Numbered from the stretch's first letter, positions 23,071 through 35,358 are shown. The stretch: 64,000 nt of DNA from Schizochytrium sp. TIO01 (GCA_004764695.1 SMSO01000025.1:248001-312000); one strand, 5' to 3'. Notes: generated by a model from the sequence alone, not told the origin. Program-made: numbers and translations.

Positions 23071-24288
23071 TTAAGTCGCAGTACGTCCTTTGACTGCAGC
23101 TACACGAAGCTCATTTCGACGCTGAATGCGAGGATTAAGAAGTTTGATACAAACTACGTAACGGAGGAGCGGGATTGCTAGATACAAAATTCCGTATGTG
23201 TAGAGCGGGATGCGGATACAATATGCAAGCTGCAGCAGGTAATAAACCATGGGACTTGTGCGTTGCATGTATTTCATTGGATCCTCGAAAATCATGGAGT
23301 TGGAGCCACGAAGACGAGGCCGCATCACTGGCGGGCCGCCACCCATCATGCGGAGGTACGGGAAGAGCAGAAGGAGGGCAAACAAGTTAATAGCCCCGAG
23401 GATCATCGCCAGGGTTACCGAGCGGTCGAATAGAATCCATTGCGGCTCACGATAATAACGTTCGTTGGAATTGGAACTCTGTGCTGCGGCTTCAACAGCA
23501 GCTTGCGAGTCGCGCAGAGCATCAAATCTATAATGCACATGCTGCCCATCACTGGATGCTTCTGCAACGCCACCAAGACCTGCGCAAATTTCACCCATAA
23601 AAGTATTACTGTCGTCTGCCTCTGGGATACGCGAAAAGGGTCTTAGCTGCTCGCTCGTAACAACAAAGTTGTTAGCGCGGATTGTAGTCTTGATGTTGTC
23701 CCATCGCGCTTCATGGTTGACATGACGTGGCGTGCCGAAGATGAAAGCAAAAACTTCATCTGCGAGCGAGCTTGTACGACCCGAGGAGGAGTCATCATCA
23801 TTAGCGCCTGCGTACTGCACAGGCGCGTAGTTATCATAGTCCCTGAAGAATGGATTCCTGCGCCAAAATGACCACAACACAAACGTATTGTAGGTATCGG
23901 CAAACGTGTGGGAACGTGAGCGATTACCACCTTCACGCAGACTAATCAGCACAAGCACCAGCACACAGAGCACCAGGGAGAAAACTAAGAAGAACCCAAT
24001 GAAAAGGCGCAGCCCTTTTAGAGCGATGGGAGCGAGCTTTTCGTTTGCAAAGAGCCATGTGCGTTTCTGATAAGCGCGAAAAACAAAATCGGCTGGAAAT
24101 TTGTAGACAATCTCACCGTCACGCTCTTTGGATAGTTCGTACGTGCCGCGGACATCGCACAGGAGTCTGTCCAGTTCCTCACGGACTTGGTCATGTTCAT
24201 CTTGCCTGTTAAGCTCTAGTGCCATATCGCGGGCCGTGAACTGGCGCTTGAGCCTGCTCACTGCTCGGAGCATGCTTGTTGACGCCAT
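23071..24288 (-). CDS. Membrane protein resembling plant At5g03900 / cyanobacterial family
   Basis: LCDVRGTYELSKERDGEIVYKFP, TM helix, DEVFAFIFG, RWDNIKTTIRANNFVVTSEQLRPF, GGVAEASSDGQHVHYRF, LGAINL, LYLAIPLLRY...NPRIQRRNELR follow that family's layout (from recall). Confidence 0.7.
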   Translation of the reverse strand: MASTSMLRAVSRLKRQFTARDMALELNRQDEHDQVREELDRLLCDVRGTYELSKERDGEIVYKFPADFVFRAYQKRTWLFANEKLAPIALKGLRLFIGFFLVFSLVLCVLVLVLISLREGGNRSRSHTFADTYNTFVLWSFWRRNPFFRDYDNYAPVQYAGANDDDSSSGRTSSLADEVFAFIFGTPRHVNHEARWDNIKTTIRANNFVVTSEQLRPFSRIPEADDSNTFMGEICAGLGGVAEASSDGQHVHYRFDALRDSQAAVEAAAQSSNSNERYYREPQWILFDRSVTLAMILGAINLFALLLLFPYLRMMGGGPPVMRPRLRGSNSMIFEDPMKYMQRTSPMVYYLLQLAYCIRIPLYTYGILYLAIPLLRYVVCIKLLNPRIQRRNELRVAAVKGRTAT

Positions 24289-25246
24289 GGCGGTGTTGCC
24301 CGAAATCGAAGTCTACCCTGATCAAGTCTCCTCGACCGCCGGCGACTGAGGCTAGACCTGGCCTCGGTGGCTGGAATCACGCACTGCCTCTGGACTCCTC
24401 TCGCAATATCCAGCGCCTTCCTGTCGAGCTCGTTTGGGCGCGAGTCGGGTACTTGCCTGCTTGCCTGCTAGCTAGCAAGCTTGCTTCTTCATCCATATAG
24501 ATCATCCCTTCTTAGAACTCCTTACTACTAATCCCTTACACATAGCGATGGCCACATTCTGGTTTTGACTTGGCACCAGCTTTGTCCTTTTCACGTGCTA
24601 GGCATCAGGTTGTTCATCTTCTTCGAAGAAGACTCTTCGAAGAAGAAGACGCCCTTTCTGCGTTCCGTTGCGCTCCTCGAAACGGCGCGGAGGCTCGATG
24701 CTTGGGCAGTAGTTTGGTGTCGCTCGGGTTAAGTTAAAGCTGCCTTTGATGTTCTGTTCTTGAAGCATCCATCTTCGGGTATTTGGGCAGCGCAAATTCA
24801 AGACACAGCGCGGTTCTGAGGTGGGTTTCAAGGGATCAACAAATGGCTCGTGGAACGTAGCGACGTATTGCGAGGTGGGGTTATCGCCGCCGTCGAGAGC
24901 TCTTTCTCTGCGAGCTGCAAACCGTAGGCACGTATGTGGTTTGCTGAAGCGGGTTGCAGGTCATGCAAGGAACGAAAGAACCCTGCTGCCAATTCCCAAG
25001 CCAAGGTCCTGCGCAGGCTTTCACTTCTTCTCTCCTACGTCCATTCCACCGCGGCCACGATCGCAGGACCTTTGTGTCCATCATGGCTTTGCCGTTGGCC
25101 AGAGTGGAGTGTAATGGAGTTTTGGTGCGGGGTAACTACTTCGCCGTCCTCAACGCATGGCTTCGTCGGTGCATCCCTCCGTCCACCAAGGCCCGGCTAA
25201 TTCATGGCAGAGAGCGAAGTCTTCTCAAGGTACCCAGTCGCTGCTG

Positions 25247-25299
25247 CAGCAGCAGCAGCAGCGGCAGCAGCAGCGGCAGCAGCGGCAGCAGCGGCAGCA
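25247..25299. repeat. Interrupted (CAG/CGG)n trinucleotide repeat
   Basis: Direct tandem repeat. Confidence 0.9.
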
Positions 25300-28200
25300 T
25301 TGCGCCAAAGAACCCGGGAGCGTGCTTGGACAAGAACCGAAGAAGACCAGTGCCTCGAGCAACCTCGAGGTTGCTTGCCAGCTTGGCCAGAGCGCAGAAC
25401 CTCGCGGCCCTCTGGCAGGCAGGTTCTCCAAAGGGCGCGTGGGCGGCGGACCTCGTGGTGCTTTGCGGCAGCCGACGAGTTTATGGTGTCGCACCACATC
25501 CACGATCCTTTCAGACCGTCTGTGTCCTCCCTCATTAAAGAATTCTCAGTTCTGCGTGCTTCAGAGTTTTTATTTTGAAACGTTCCCGTTAGAAAGAAAA
25601 GAAAAAAGAACACTCTGATTCATCGTTTGGAATCATTGTTTTAGTTGTACAGAGCAAATAGTAAACTAACGAACGACGGTCTCGTGCGTGTGTCTTTTGT
25701 AATGCGCGTTTCTCGTGATACTTTGAGATTCTCTTCTAATCTTGTCTGTGTCTGGAGCTCGGCTTCCGCTCTGAAGTTTCCTCCACCGCATGCATTTCTA
25801 AAACATCTTGGTTGGAGAGGGTCTCAACGAATGCTGATTTTTGATCCTTTAACATAAAAAAGTTAAGAAACACTTTTTTTCTTCTTTCAAACAAATAATT
25901 TATAGTTTAAAAAACTAAAAATACTAAAAAGTTGAAAAAACTAAAATAGAAAACAGCAGTAATAGTAATTTAGTTATTACTCATTACTCTTACTTGGAGA
26001 GACAGTTGGTCATTGTCGCGGCTAATTCACAATTTACATTTTCCGGTTTCAAGATCTTGAGAACTCCAGTGGTCCTGCGCCTCTCTCATCATTGCAATGC
26101 CTTCAAAGATGTCTTGAAACTGTCGAGACATCTCGATCCTGTTGGCAAGGATGGGATCCGAAAACCTTACTTTCAAGGAAACGCGACGAACTCCATTGCA
26201 AAAGCTTTCTCAACATCCAAGCCACGAAGCTTTGCGCGCTCTTGACAGAATGTACATCGCACATACACATATATCACGTAGACTGCCGCGGTTTCTTTGT
26301 GATCTATATCATATAGATCAGGCCCTTGGAGGCTTGAAGGGAGTTCGTTCAGAGAGACAGCTCGAAAACCCAATGTGGGCTGTTGATGAATACTCTTGCA
26401 AAATGCCCAACAGAGACCAACAGCAGTGCTTCGATGACTAAGTTCATTCTATTTGCCCAGAGAAGCCTTCGTCATCTCTGGCATGTCGATGGCATCCAGG
26501 GTTCAGCCGGCGCCTCCGCCATGGTGAACGTCAAAAGTCTGCTACATCTCGCAAATCCTGAGCCGCCGATGTCAAAATTATTACAGCACCAGCTGACGAA
26601 TGAGCTAAAGTCCAGCGGTCCTCCTTGAACCCCTGAGTGAATCCCTGAGTGGGCCACAATCAAACTCATCTACGTCGCAGAGCTCACTATCAACCCAACG
26701 CCGACTTGCAAAGCAAAGAACCGACCACCACTGTGTCCTTGCAAATAATAATAATAATAATAATAGTAACAATACTAAAAGAACACTCGGAACGAGTGAG
26801 AGAACGAAACGAAGAAGCTCTGAACCTCTCAGCTTTCCCTTTTAAAATTAAAAAGCCCTGCTTTCTTTGTTTTAATTTTAATTTAATTCAAAGAGAAGAA
26901 ATTGGGAGCCTGACCCTGAACAGAGTAGCAGTCACATAGGAGACAGTATGCCTGCGTGGTAGCAGCAGTAGCTAACTAATAGGCGGCTGCTGCTACTGCT
27001 GTTATCCACTAAGTAAGGCAAACGAACTGACTGGAGCTCTGTGAAGCTCTGCATTACATCCATCTCACATTCTGTGCAGCAGGGGATTGATTATAACCGG
27101 GATCTGATCGCAGTGGCTCTCGTTGATCGATCCTGCACGCACGCGGAGGAGTCAAGAGAGGTGCTGAGCTCCGATGCTTTGACGATTCCTTCAGTTTCTG
27201 TCTGGTCTTCCGTCTGTGCCACTTTGAGTCGAGCGTGGCGACCTAACCTGCCTGCCTGTGGCAAAAGCCGCCAAGCTATCCTGCTTCGAGGCTGGCTTAA
27301 TTAATGGTCTGCCTGGCAGGCAGCCTGTGCCAGTCCTCATCCTCCTGGTTGACCTGACGACTTTGGCTGCTGAGCCGAACGAGAGGGCAAAGACTCCTCT
27401 GCTTCCAAGCAAGCACGTCCTCGAACTTGCCGTTGTCAGGCTGCGATTGCTTCGGAAGTGCCGGCTGGCTAGCTTGCTAACAGGTTTGACGTGAGGTTTT
27501 GCAGAAGCAGGAGGAGTGCTCGGAGTAGTAGTGGAAGTGGTTCGTTCGCTCGCTCGCCAAGATGACCATGTCGTCCTGGAAACTCACGTGACCGAACGGG
27601 GCATCGCTGATCTTTTGGGCAAGCACGTCGAGCGCGTCGAGCACAGTGCCGATGAAAATAGCGTTCTGAAAGATAAGGATTCTTCAACCTGAGGCCGATG
27701 GCGAAGGTTCTTGAGTTGAAGAGCGCTCCTCCAAGAGCTCCGACAGCTGGGCCACTTTGAAGATATAGATGCCGAAGGCTTTGCAGGAGAAAAAAGTGCC
27801 GAGGAGGCACACGCAAGGAAGCCCAGGTCCGAGTTGGACACCTCAGGTGATGCTGGGGCCATGAAGCCATGGAAGAGATGATCCATCCCAGCCCCGCTCG
27901 AGTGTCGAGGATGTCCTCTTGATTGCTCAGCTTCGGCAACTCCTAAGCACCAAGCTGGGCAAGTCTGCCTTTGGGAGGGGAGTCTACGAGGAAACGCGGC
28001 CGCGCCGCGCATCGTGATGTGCAAGTTGATCCCGAGCGGTTCAGAACCACGAGCGTTGAGGCGAGAGACACGGTGCAACCCTGCGCAGCGGCGGGCGGGA
28101 GCAGTTCATTCCGAGCACGCACCAAACTTGGGACCGCGGACGGCAGCGGTGATGGGCTCCGGCATGGGCAGTGAGCCACACCAAGGTGCTGTAGAAAACA

Positions 28201-29101
28201 CCGGTGAGACTCGCTCGAGCGAGGGAAGACGAATCTGCTTGGGAGCGAGGGGAAATCCAAGTCCGCATGGGGCCACCTCGCTCGCGAAGGCCAAGCAAGT
28301 TCGAGCCTACATTTCCAAAGGTGCTTTACATTTCGAATTGTGACAAATTCGAAGCTCAAATTTCGAAGAGTCATTCTGTTGAAATTCGTTCTAATTTTCA
28401 AATCCCGACGCAGGCAAAAGAGAACACATAAGAGAGAAAGAACGGGGAAGGAAGTTTTGTAAGCTTGAGAAACGAAATCCTAAAACTTTCAAGAAAAAAG
28501 AAAAAGTAAACAAAACAGACAACAGTCCTTCGAAGAATGCTTAAAATGAATGCTTGACTCCAATTGATCCCTCAAAAAATCATCAGACAACAGGCACTCG
28601 AGTGTGAGGCTCATCCATTCGTGTCGATATAGTGGTCTGGCACTTTACTTAGGCCTCTTCGTCGCGGATGCCTGCGTCTTTATGGGTGCTTGCTTTTACA
28701 GGCGCTGTGATAAACCATCTTTTGCGTTGAGGGTTTTCTCAGAGTCAGGTCCAAAATCTTTTGGGTTGTCATTTCTTACAAAAAAGTAGGTAATTCTCAT
28801 GTTTTGGTATTAAAAAGCTTTTCAGTTTAACTTAAAGAGTTTTTACTTTAAAAAATAAATTGCAATCACTGGAAAGGAGAAGAGTTTTGGCGAAACTCGA
28901 TGACAAATCACGCCGAAGACTATCACCGGTGTCGCTGAGCTCGAGGACTTTGTAGCTGCTATCTTGTTGATGCATGTGCATTGGTTAGACAGCCGAATAC
29001 GCTTCCCAGGGACGACGCTTTCGCTCCCTGAGTTTGCTTTGACGCTGTTTTGGTGTTGTGCGGGTTTCTATTTTCCTTTATAGGAAAAGAAGAGTCTGTG
29101 T

Positions 29102-29145
29102 TTTGCTTTGGTTTGCTTTGGTTTGCTTTGGTTTGCTTTGGTTTG
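29102..29145. repeat. 10-mer minisatellite (TTTGCTTTGG)x4
   Basis: Direct tandem repeat. Confidence 0.9.
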
Positions 29146-29329
29146 GATTCTCCGTACGGTTCTTCACATCAGTGATCGATTGATGAAACTCCGTGCTTTA
29201 TGCGAGAGCTACGCCGACTTCCTCAAACCCTCTTCGGCCTTTGGTGTCTTGCAGGTGTCTGTGCATATCATTTGCTCGTCCAATTCACATTGATTGCATT
29301 TTGTCCATCCGAATGGTTCTGACTGTGGC

Positions 29330-29600
29330 CATTCACCGTTCTTATACGATGATATGCTGTCGTGGCAATCGTTTCGCTGATGATCGCGATTGCAATCCTT
29401 GGCCAATAAATTGCAGGCAAATCACAAACTGAAGATCGCTTTTTGCTGTCACGAAGAGTCGTATCGCCTTCTTGATGCAGAGATGAATACATGTTGTTCG
29501 GAACTCCTGTGCCAAACTCACATTCGCGCAGCTCGAGACTGGGTACTTAGCCATGAGGGTTTGGCATCGTTGGAGAGCAAGATCTCGCGCTCTGTGTAAG
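29330..29600 (+). pseudogene. Possible relic of a GT28/UGT N-terminal domain
   Basis: Frameshifted MICCRGNRFADDR / LQSLANKLQANHKLKIAFCCHEESYRLLDA resembles the GxRGD..ALA..L...H.V...TH..Y..LV pattern. Confidence 0.25.
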
Positions 29601-30730
29601 CCAAGCTCGTCTTGCTGGTGCCATAATCATTGGGAAATCCACGCGAGTCTTCACATGAACTCGGCATTGGTCAACTTGAGCTCCAGAATCAACAGCAGAC
29701 CACCTGAATAGCTCTGAAGAGATCAGATGTCCTTTTGAAGAGATCAATCAGACGTCATCCAGCCATCTCCTTACCAAGCGCTCTTGAATCTTGAGGCTTC
29801 GGCAATCTTGGAAATGTCGAGCTCCACGAAGGCTTAGACCGAACTAACTTCGTCTCCCTCCCTGTGTAAACCAAGCAGGCAAGCAAGCAAGCAAGCACCG
29901 ACGCCTTAGGATGTAAAAGCTGAGCTCTGCAGGCCTGGTGTTGCACGTCGTTCGTGCAGCATTTATTGGTTTGGTTCGCAGGTTTCTATCCTCGTTGTGG
30001 TCTTCTGTTTCATTGATCCATATATTCTGTTTCATTTCCCCGTTTCCCGCCAAACTAACAGATCAATCATACCCCACAAATGAAACGAACAAAGTTGACC
30101 TTTATAAAATAAAAAGCGCGGCACAATCCAAAAAGCAAACAATCAAACAAAGGAGCGAATTGACCGCGTCATACGCAGATAAGCACCGCCCAATGAAACC
30201 TCAAACACGCATTGGTCCAAAGCCTCGTGGAGATCGAGAGTCCTACAACTCGAAGAGAGTCAGAAGGCACTATCGGCGGTGACTTCGCAGCGCTTCGAAC
30301 TGAAAATTGTACACAGCACCAGCAACCAAACTAAAAGAATAGAAGCAGGAAAAACAAAAGAAAACAAAAGAAAACAATAGAATAGAATAGAAAGCTGAAA
30401 AGAGCGTCCTAAGTCCTGCGCTCCTATTGTTTCTGTTAATAATATACTACTGGACCGCATTTTCAAATCCTGGACCTTCGAAAGAGAACAAAGAAAAGAA
30501 CTTCTGAACATATTTTTTTTTTCCATATTTTTTTGTAATATGATTTTAAAGTAACATAAAAAGTGAGCAAATAAAACATTTTAGAAGATAGTTTTTCTTC
30601 GGGTGCTCTGAACCTCACTTAGTAGTCACATCGTAGGTAACTCCTACGCGGCCTGAGGTCGTAAGTTTTCCCGCTTTTTCCCTTTCCAAGATTTGAATTA
30701 AAATCCATTGTTCTTCCTTAGCAGTACCAT

Positions 30731-30733
<3 letters not shown>

Positions 30734-30766
<33 letters not shown>
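30734..30766. repeat. (TC)n microsatellite
   Basis: Direct tandem repeat. Confidence 0.95.
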
Positions 30767-30770
<4 letters not shown>

Positions 30771-31353
30771 ACAGCAGTAGTAGCAGTACTTATGCCGCAC
30801 CTACCAGCAGCTTTCCAAAAGAACTTTGAGAATCGTGGAGAAGAGAGAAGAGATAAGAGAGAAGGAACCCGAAGAAAAGAGGCACTTCAAAGAGAGCAAT
30901 AGAAAGAAAGGATTGAGAATTTAGAATTTAGAATTCCTAAAGAAAGAAAGAAACAAAAACCAAATTCAATTATCGCTTTCGTCGTCAGCGGCGGCGCTGA
31001 CTTCGTTTGTGGACTCCTCGAAGTCGGCGCTTCCAGGCCGCTGAGTGCCTGCCTGCCTGGCTGCGTGGCTGCCTGGCCAGGACCGCAGGTGCACGCACGA
31101 GACGCCTGCCCGCCGCGCCTGAGCAGAGGCTCTGGAGAGCTGGACTGCGCTCGCTTTGGGCTCCTAAGCGAGGCCTCTTTTGAATTCAATTCAAATTCGT
31201 CGCTCTCTGTTCTCTCTTGTTTTCTTTCTTTGTTCCTTTTGCTTGACCAGTGCTAGGTGATCATAAGAGTTACGGGTAAGAGTGGGCACGGAGGAAGCAA
31301 AAGAAGGGAACGGAAAGAACGAAAGAACGAAAGAAGGGAACAGAAAGAAGAAC

Positions 31354-31355
31354 GA

Positions 31356-31435
<80 letters not shown>

Positions 31436-31436
31436 A
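31354..31436. repeat. (GAAA)n microsatellite
   Basis: About 20 tandem units. Confidence 0.95.
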
Positions 31437-31628
31437 GAGCTGACTCGGAAACGAAACCAACTCCGGCGAGCGAGCGCCGCCAGAACGTAGGTAGCTAGCC
31501 AGGCATTGGGCAGGTTGCGAACAAATCGGCCAAGCTCCCGCGCGCCGAAACTCCGTGCACCTTTGTCTAGGCCGACACGGCGACCGCCGCTCTTGACGCA
31601 GTTGTTCTTGGTGCTGGTCTCGCTGACA

Positions 31629-31753
31629 TTCGTTCGTTCGTTCGTTCGTTCGTTCATTCATTCATTCATTCTTTCATTCTTTCACTCAATCAAAGATCAA
31701 TCAAAAATCAATCAAAAATCAATCAAAAATCAATCAAAATCAAAATCAATCAA
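31629..31753. repeat. Compound (TTCG)n-(TTCA)n-(AATC/AAAATC)n microsatellite
   Basis: Adjacent tandem arrays upstream of the glucosyltransferase gene. Confidence 0.85.
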
Positions 31754-32082
31754 TCCATTGGTGTTCTGTCGATATATATCCATCCGTATATAGAGAGGTC
31801 TCTCTCTGTATAGACTGCTTTGAAACATTGAAAGAATCATTTGGTTTTGTGCTGTGGCCGTAAGACTCTGTGCGCTGTAGTAGGGGTTTAGGCTAGCTCA
31901 GGAGCTAGTACAGTGGAGGTCGGTTCCTGAGGAGCCTTAGCGTGAGCACAAGCAAGCAAACCAAGAGAAGACGAAAGCAAGACGCGAATTAGGGCCCGGG
32001 GAAGACAAGTTGTTGACGGTGAGCAGCGGAAGACGAGGGCGAAGACGAGGTCGAGAGGGGTGCAGGGCCAAAGCGGGCGGAG

Positions 32083-35000
32083 ATGGGCAACACATGCTGC
32101 TCGCCGCCGAGGTCAGACCTGGCCGCAAGCGCCGCACCTAAAAACGCGACGTCTACACCTCAGGAGCGAGGCGTGAACGTGACGACCTCACACAATATTG
32201 GCCCAAATGAAGTGCTGCCAGCAGCGTCGGCACCGCTTGAACCTACATCGCCAGGCACACCGGGAAATCCACACAGAGTCTTCAGCGATGATGATGATGA
32301 GGACGATGATGAGGACGACGACGCCAACGATAGCATGGCAAAGGAGCGCAAGGAGTTCCGTAATCTAGCGAACACCGAGAAGCGCATTCACTATGACTTT
32401 GATACTAATGTCGACAGAAAAGACATCGTCGAGTTGTCGTTCGTCATCGAGTGCGTGGATAATGTACCGCTCGACGAAACGCCGCGTCTTGCCACCGCAG
32501 GCGTCTTCGTGCGTCTCCGAGTATACGACGCCAATGGAAACAGGCGTCGTGGCAAGATTGAGAGTAAGGTCGATCGGCACACCTCAGGCAATGGAGAAGG
32601 CAGATATATCTTTAATCTTCGTGTGGTTGTAGAGAATGCCGTCGTTTCTGATGTACTTAAATTTAGCGTCTACAGGAAATACCTATTGGAGGCCAAGGGG
32701 CATAAGATTGGCCGCACGCTGATTTCTGTCAAGGATATCCGTGGCCACCACAATATGCCCGAGCTTTGGCTGTTTAACAACCTTGGCATCCCCATATTTG
32801 ACCGTAAATTCGAAAACCCTACCACACTTTGCATCCGCACAATTCAAGCACGTCAACGCGCTCCCCAGCTGAAGAACCAAGCCTTCGCGCTTTCTCTCGG
32901 TAACCTTGCTCTTTCGCAAGGTGGTATCGCAAACTCAGATAGCAGCTCTATTCGTCAAGAGGCAAAACAAATGAGACAGAAGCGTGACAGTGACGCAAAT
33001 ACCACCGATGACTTCGATGGTGATGCTAGTCAGGAAGGTAAAATCAACGATAACCATGGCACTGAAACCGCGGTACCCGTGGATCTGGTGGCCCAAGATG
33101 AGGACAAGAAAGAGGTCACAAATGTTGATTTAAGCAATGTTGATAAAAACGAGGCCGAATCCCTCATAGACACCCCACAAGGGGACCACATGAACGAAAA
33201 CATTTCCGTCAATGGAAAAGATGACATCAGAGAAGACAAAGGTTCTGCGAATACTTCAGTCTCTTCTGATAGTGCTTCCCAAGTGACCATGCTCACCGCA
33301 GAAGATGTCCCTGATATTGATGGGGAGCTCTCCATTAGAGACGAAGATAACTCAACTGATGACATTGATGATGTCAGCGATTCCATTATACACGACCATA
33401 CCTCGGAGGACCACAGCACTGAGCATGGCGATGCAGAAGAGGATGAAAAATTAAGGAAAACCATTGATGATGACGACTATCATGGAGATGATGACAATCA
33501 GAATAGTGAGCACGAGGATACAGACCACGACGACGATCAATCTAGTGTGGATGACGAAGAAGGCATTTTGATTCGTCCTTCTGGCGAGGAAGAACTCAAA
33601 TTGTCCCCAACCAGCGCTTCAGATCTTACCTCCCCCAAGACCCTGTTAATGATGACTCGCGGCACACGTGGTGACGTACAACCATTCCTAGCTCTTGCTC
33701 GAGGTCTGGCTGAAACCTATGGCTGGGATATTCACATTTGTACAGAGATACGCTATAAGTCCCTTGTTGAAAAGTATAGTGACGTTAAACGGGGCGGCGT
33801 ACATTTCGTACCAAGTGGAGGTGACACAGAAGCTCGCATTTCCAAACCAATTGCACAATGGGCAATCAACACCAAGATGCGCCTTATGCAAGCCGCCATG
33901 CTCAGTCGCGTCGAAAGAGAGTACTTTGATTCCGAACCAGCCTTCTTTTATTGGGCTCGTACTCTACAACCGGATTTTCTATGCTACTCTTTTACAACTG
34001 CTAACATTGCTTTCATTATTAGTGAAGCCCTGAATATACCCATGGTTGGTTTCTTCCTTCAACCGACCTGCTTACCTTCAAAGACATACCAGCCCATTAC
34101 ACCGCTCCGGAAAATGGAAGATGCCTTTATTGATTTTGACATTAATCCTATTGACTTTGAGGGACACGAAGTCTTCGGATTCATTAAGCGACTGATGGAG
34201 AATAATCCCATCACTACACGTCTTGATGACTTGTATCGGCGCCGTGGACTCACCAGGAAATTTGATGGTCGTCACGACTTTGAAGTAATTGTTGAGCGCA
34301 AGTTTCCCGTGCTTGTGCCAATCAAAGAAGATGCCTTTGGAGGACATCCCGCTGATTGGCCTGATTCCGTGCACATGTCAGAATTTATCTTTCTTCGAAC
34401 AAGCGGTGTTCCAGAGCTCACAGATGAAGTAGAGACCTTCTTGCGTCGTTCCAAGGAGAAAAATTATAGAACAATGTGTATTTGTTTCAGCTCGATGCCA
34501 GTCTCGCGCATTCGCATTTTGCAGTCTGCACTCCACATTCTCGACAAGTGCCCAGGCCCATACAAACCAAGCATCCTTGCGCTTGTAGGCAACCGCCCGG
34601 ATAATGAACAACGCGATGCGAATCAAGAAGCTCGAGCAGAAGAATACGCTCGTGATGACCGTTTGCTGATTGTAGATGGAGCACCGTTCTCCAAATTGTT
34701 CCCACGTTTGGACTTTCTTGTTACCCATGGTGGTTTAGGCACCACTGCAGAGGCCCTTGCAGCAGGTGTTCCGTGTATGGTTACAGGTGTATTGTTGATG
34801 GATCAACGTTTCTGGGGCACAAGAATCGAGGCGCTAGGCGTAGGCCCCCCCGCGGTTCACATTTCAGACTTCAATGATGCTATTGTTGGCATTCTACCTG
34901 AAGGTCTTAACCCCAACTCAAAATGGAGGTCGCGAGCTAAGGAGGTCTCCGAAAAGATGTTCCCTGGTGGAATTAAAAACATGTCTGATGGAGTTCAGGA

Positions 35001-35358
35001 AAATGTAGCAATGTTCTTAAAGGCAGCGTCGGAGGCATTTGCTGCACCAGGTGATCGCCCGGAGCGCAGACGTCGCTCTCGTGGATTATCTGCTGGCTCT
35101 ACAAGATTCTCGAGGACTCGTGTTGCACGGTCTATCGGCGACAAATTCCATCTGCATTCTCCGTCACACCGCCGCAGCAACAGCCGGGGCTCCACTATGT
35201 CGGATACGAATAGCGAAGGTCGCCGTGGTAGTCGGCACAGCCCAGCCAGCCATTCAGACTCAGATGATAATCACACTATTGGCTCTGAGTATGGATCGCC
35301 AGTTGATAAGTCAGCTCCCATTCATGGTGTAGCTCATCGTACGACTGCGTCCTTTTAG
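32083..35358 (+). CDS. Sterol 3-beta-glucosyltransferase-like (GT1, UGT80/ATG26 type) with N-terminal acylation motif and C2-like domain
   Basis: MTRGTRGDVQPFLALA (GT28 N domain); THGGLGTTAEALAAGVPCMV...DQRFWG (UDP-sugar motif); MGNTCC start; beta-rich C2-like segment FVRLRVY...LKFSVY...IGRTLISVKDI. Confidence 0.88.
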   Translation: MGNTCCSPPRSDLAASAAPKNATSTPQERGVNVTTSHNIGPNEVLPAASAPLEPTSPGTPGNPHRVFSDDDDEDDDEDDDANDSMAKERKEFRNLANTEKRIHYDFDTNVDRKDIVELSFVIECVDNVPLDETPRLATAGVFVRLRVYDANGNRRRGKIESKVDRHTSGNGEGRYIFNLRVVVENAVVSDVLKFSVYRKYLLEAKGHKIGRTLISVKDIRGHHNMPELWLFNNLGIPIFDRKFENPTTLCIRTIQARQRAPQLKNQAFALSLGNLALSQGGIANSDSSSIRQEAKQMRQKRDSDANTTDDFDGDASQEGKINDNHGTETAVPVDLVAQDEDKKEVTNVDLSNVDKNEAESLIDTPQGDHMNENISVNGKDDIREDKGSANTSVSSDSASQVTMLTAEDVPDIDGELSIRDEDNSTDDIDDVSDSIIHDHTSEDHSTEHGDAEEDEKLRKTIDDDDYHGDDDNQNSEHEDTDHDDDQSSVDDEEGILIRPSGEEELKLSPTSASDLTSPKTLLMMTRGTRGDVQPFLALARGLAETYGWDIHICTEIRYKSLVEKYSDVKRGGVHFVPSGGDTEARISKPIAQWAINTKMRLMQAAMLSRVEREYFDSEPAFFYWARTLQPDFLCYSFTTANIAFIISEALNIPMVGFFLQPTCLPSKTYQPITPLRKMEDAFIDFDINPIDFEGHEVFGFIKRLMENNPITTRLDDLYRRRGLTRKFDGRHDFEVIVERKFPVLVPIKEDAFGGHPADWPDSVHMSEFIFLRTSGVPELTDEVETFLRRSKEKNYRTMCICFSSMPVSRIRILQSALHILDKCPGPYKPSILALVGNRPDNEQRDANQEARAEEYARDDRLLIVDGAPFSKLFPRLDFLVTHGGLGTTAEALAAGVPCMVTGVLLMDQRFWGTRIEALGVGPPAVHISDFNDAIVGILPEGLNPNSKWRSRAKEVSEKMFPGGIKNMSDGVQENVAMFLKAASEAFAAPGDRPERRRRSRGLSAGSTRFSRTRVARSIGDKFHLHSPSHRRSNSRGSTMSDTNSEGRRGSRHSPASHSDSDDNHTIGSEYGSPVDKSAPIHGVAHRTTASF

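Noticed and set aside
25204-25578. Poly-Ala ORF with Myb-like WTRTEEDQCL
   Set aside because: Motif spacing is off, later Myb helices are missing, and the open frames are explained by the CAG repeat.
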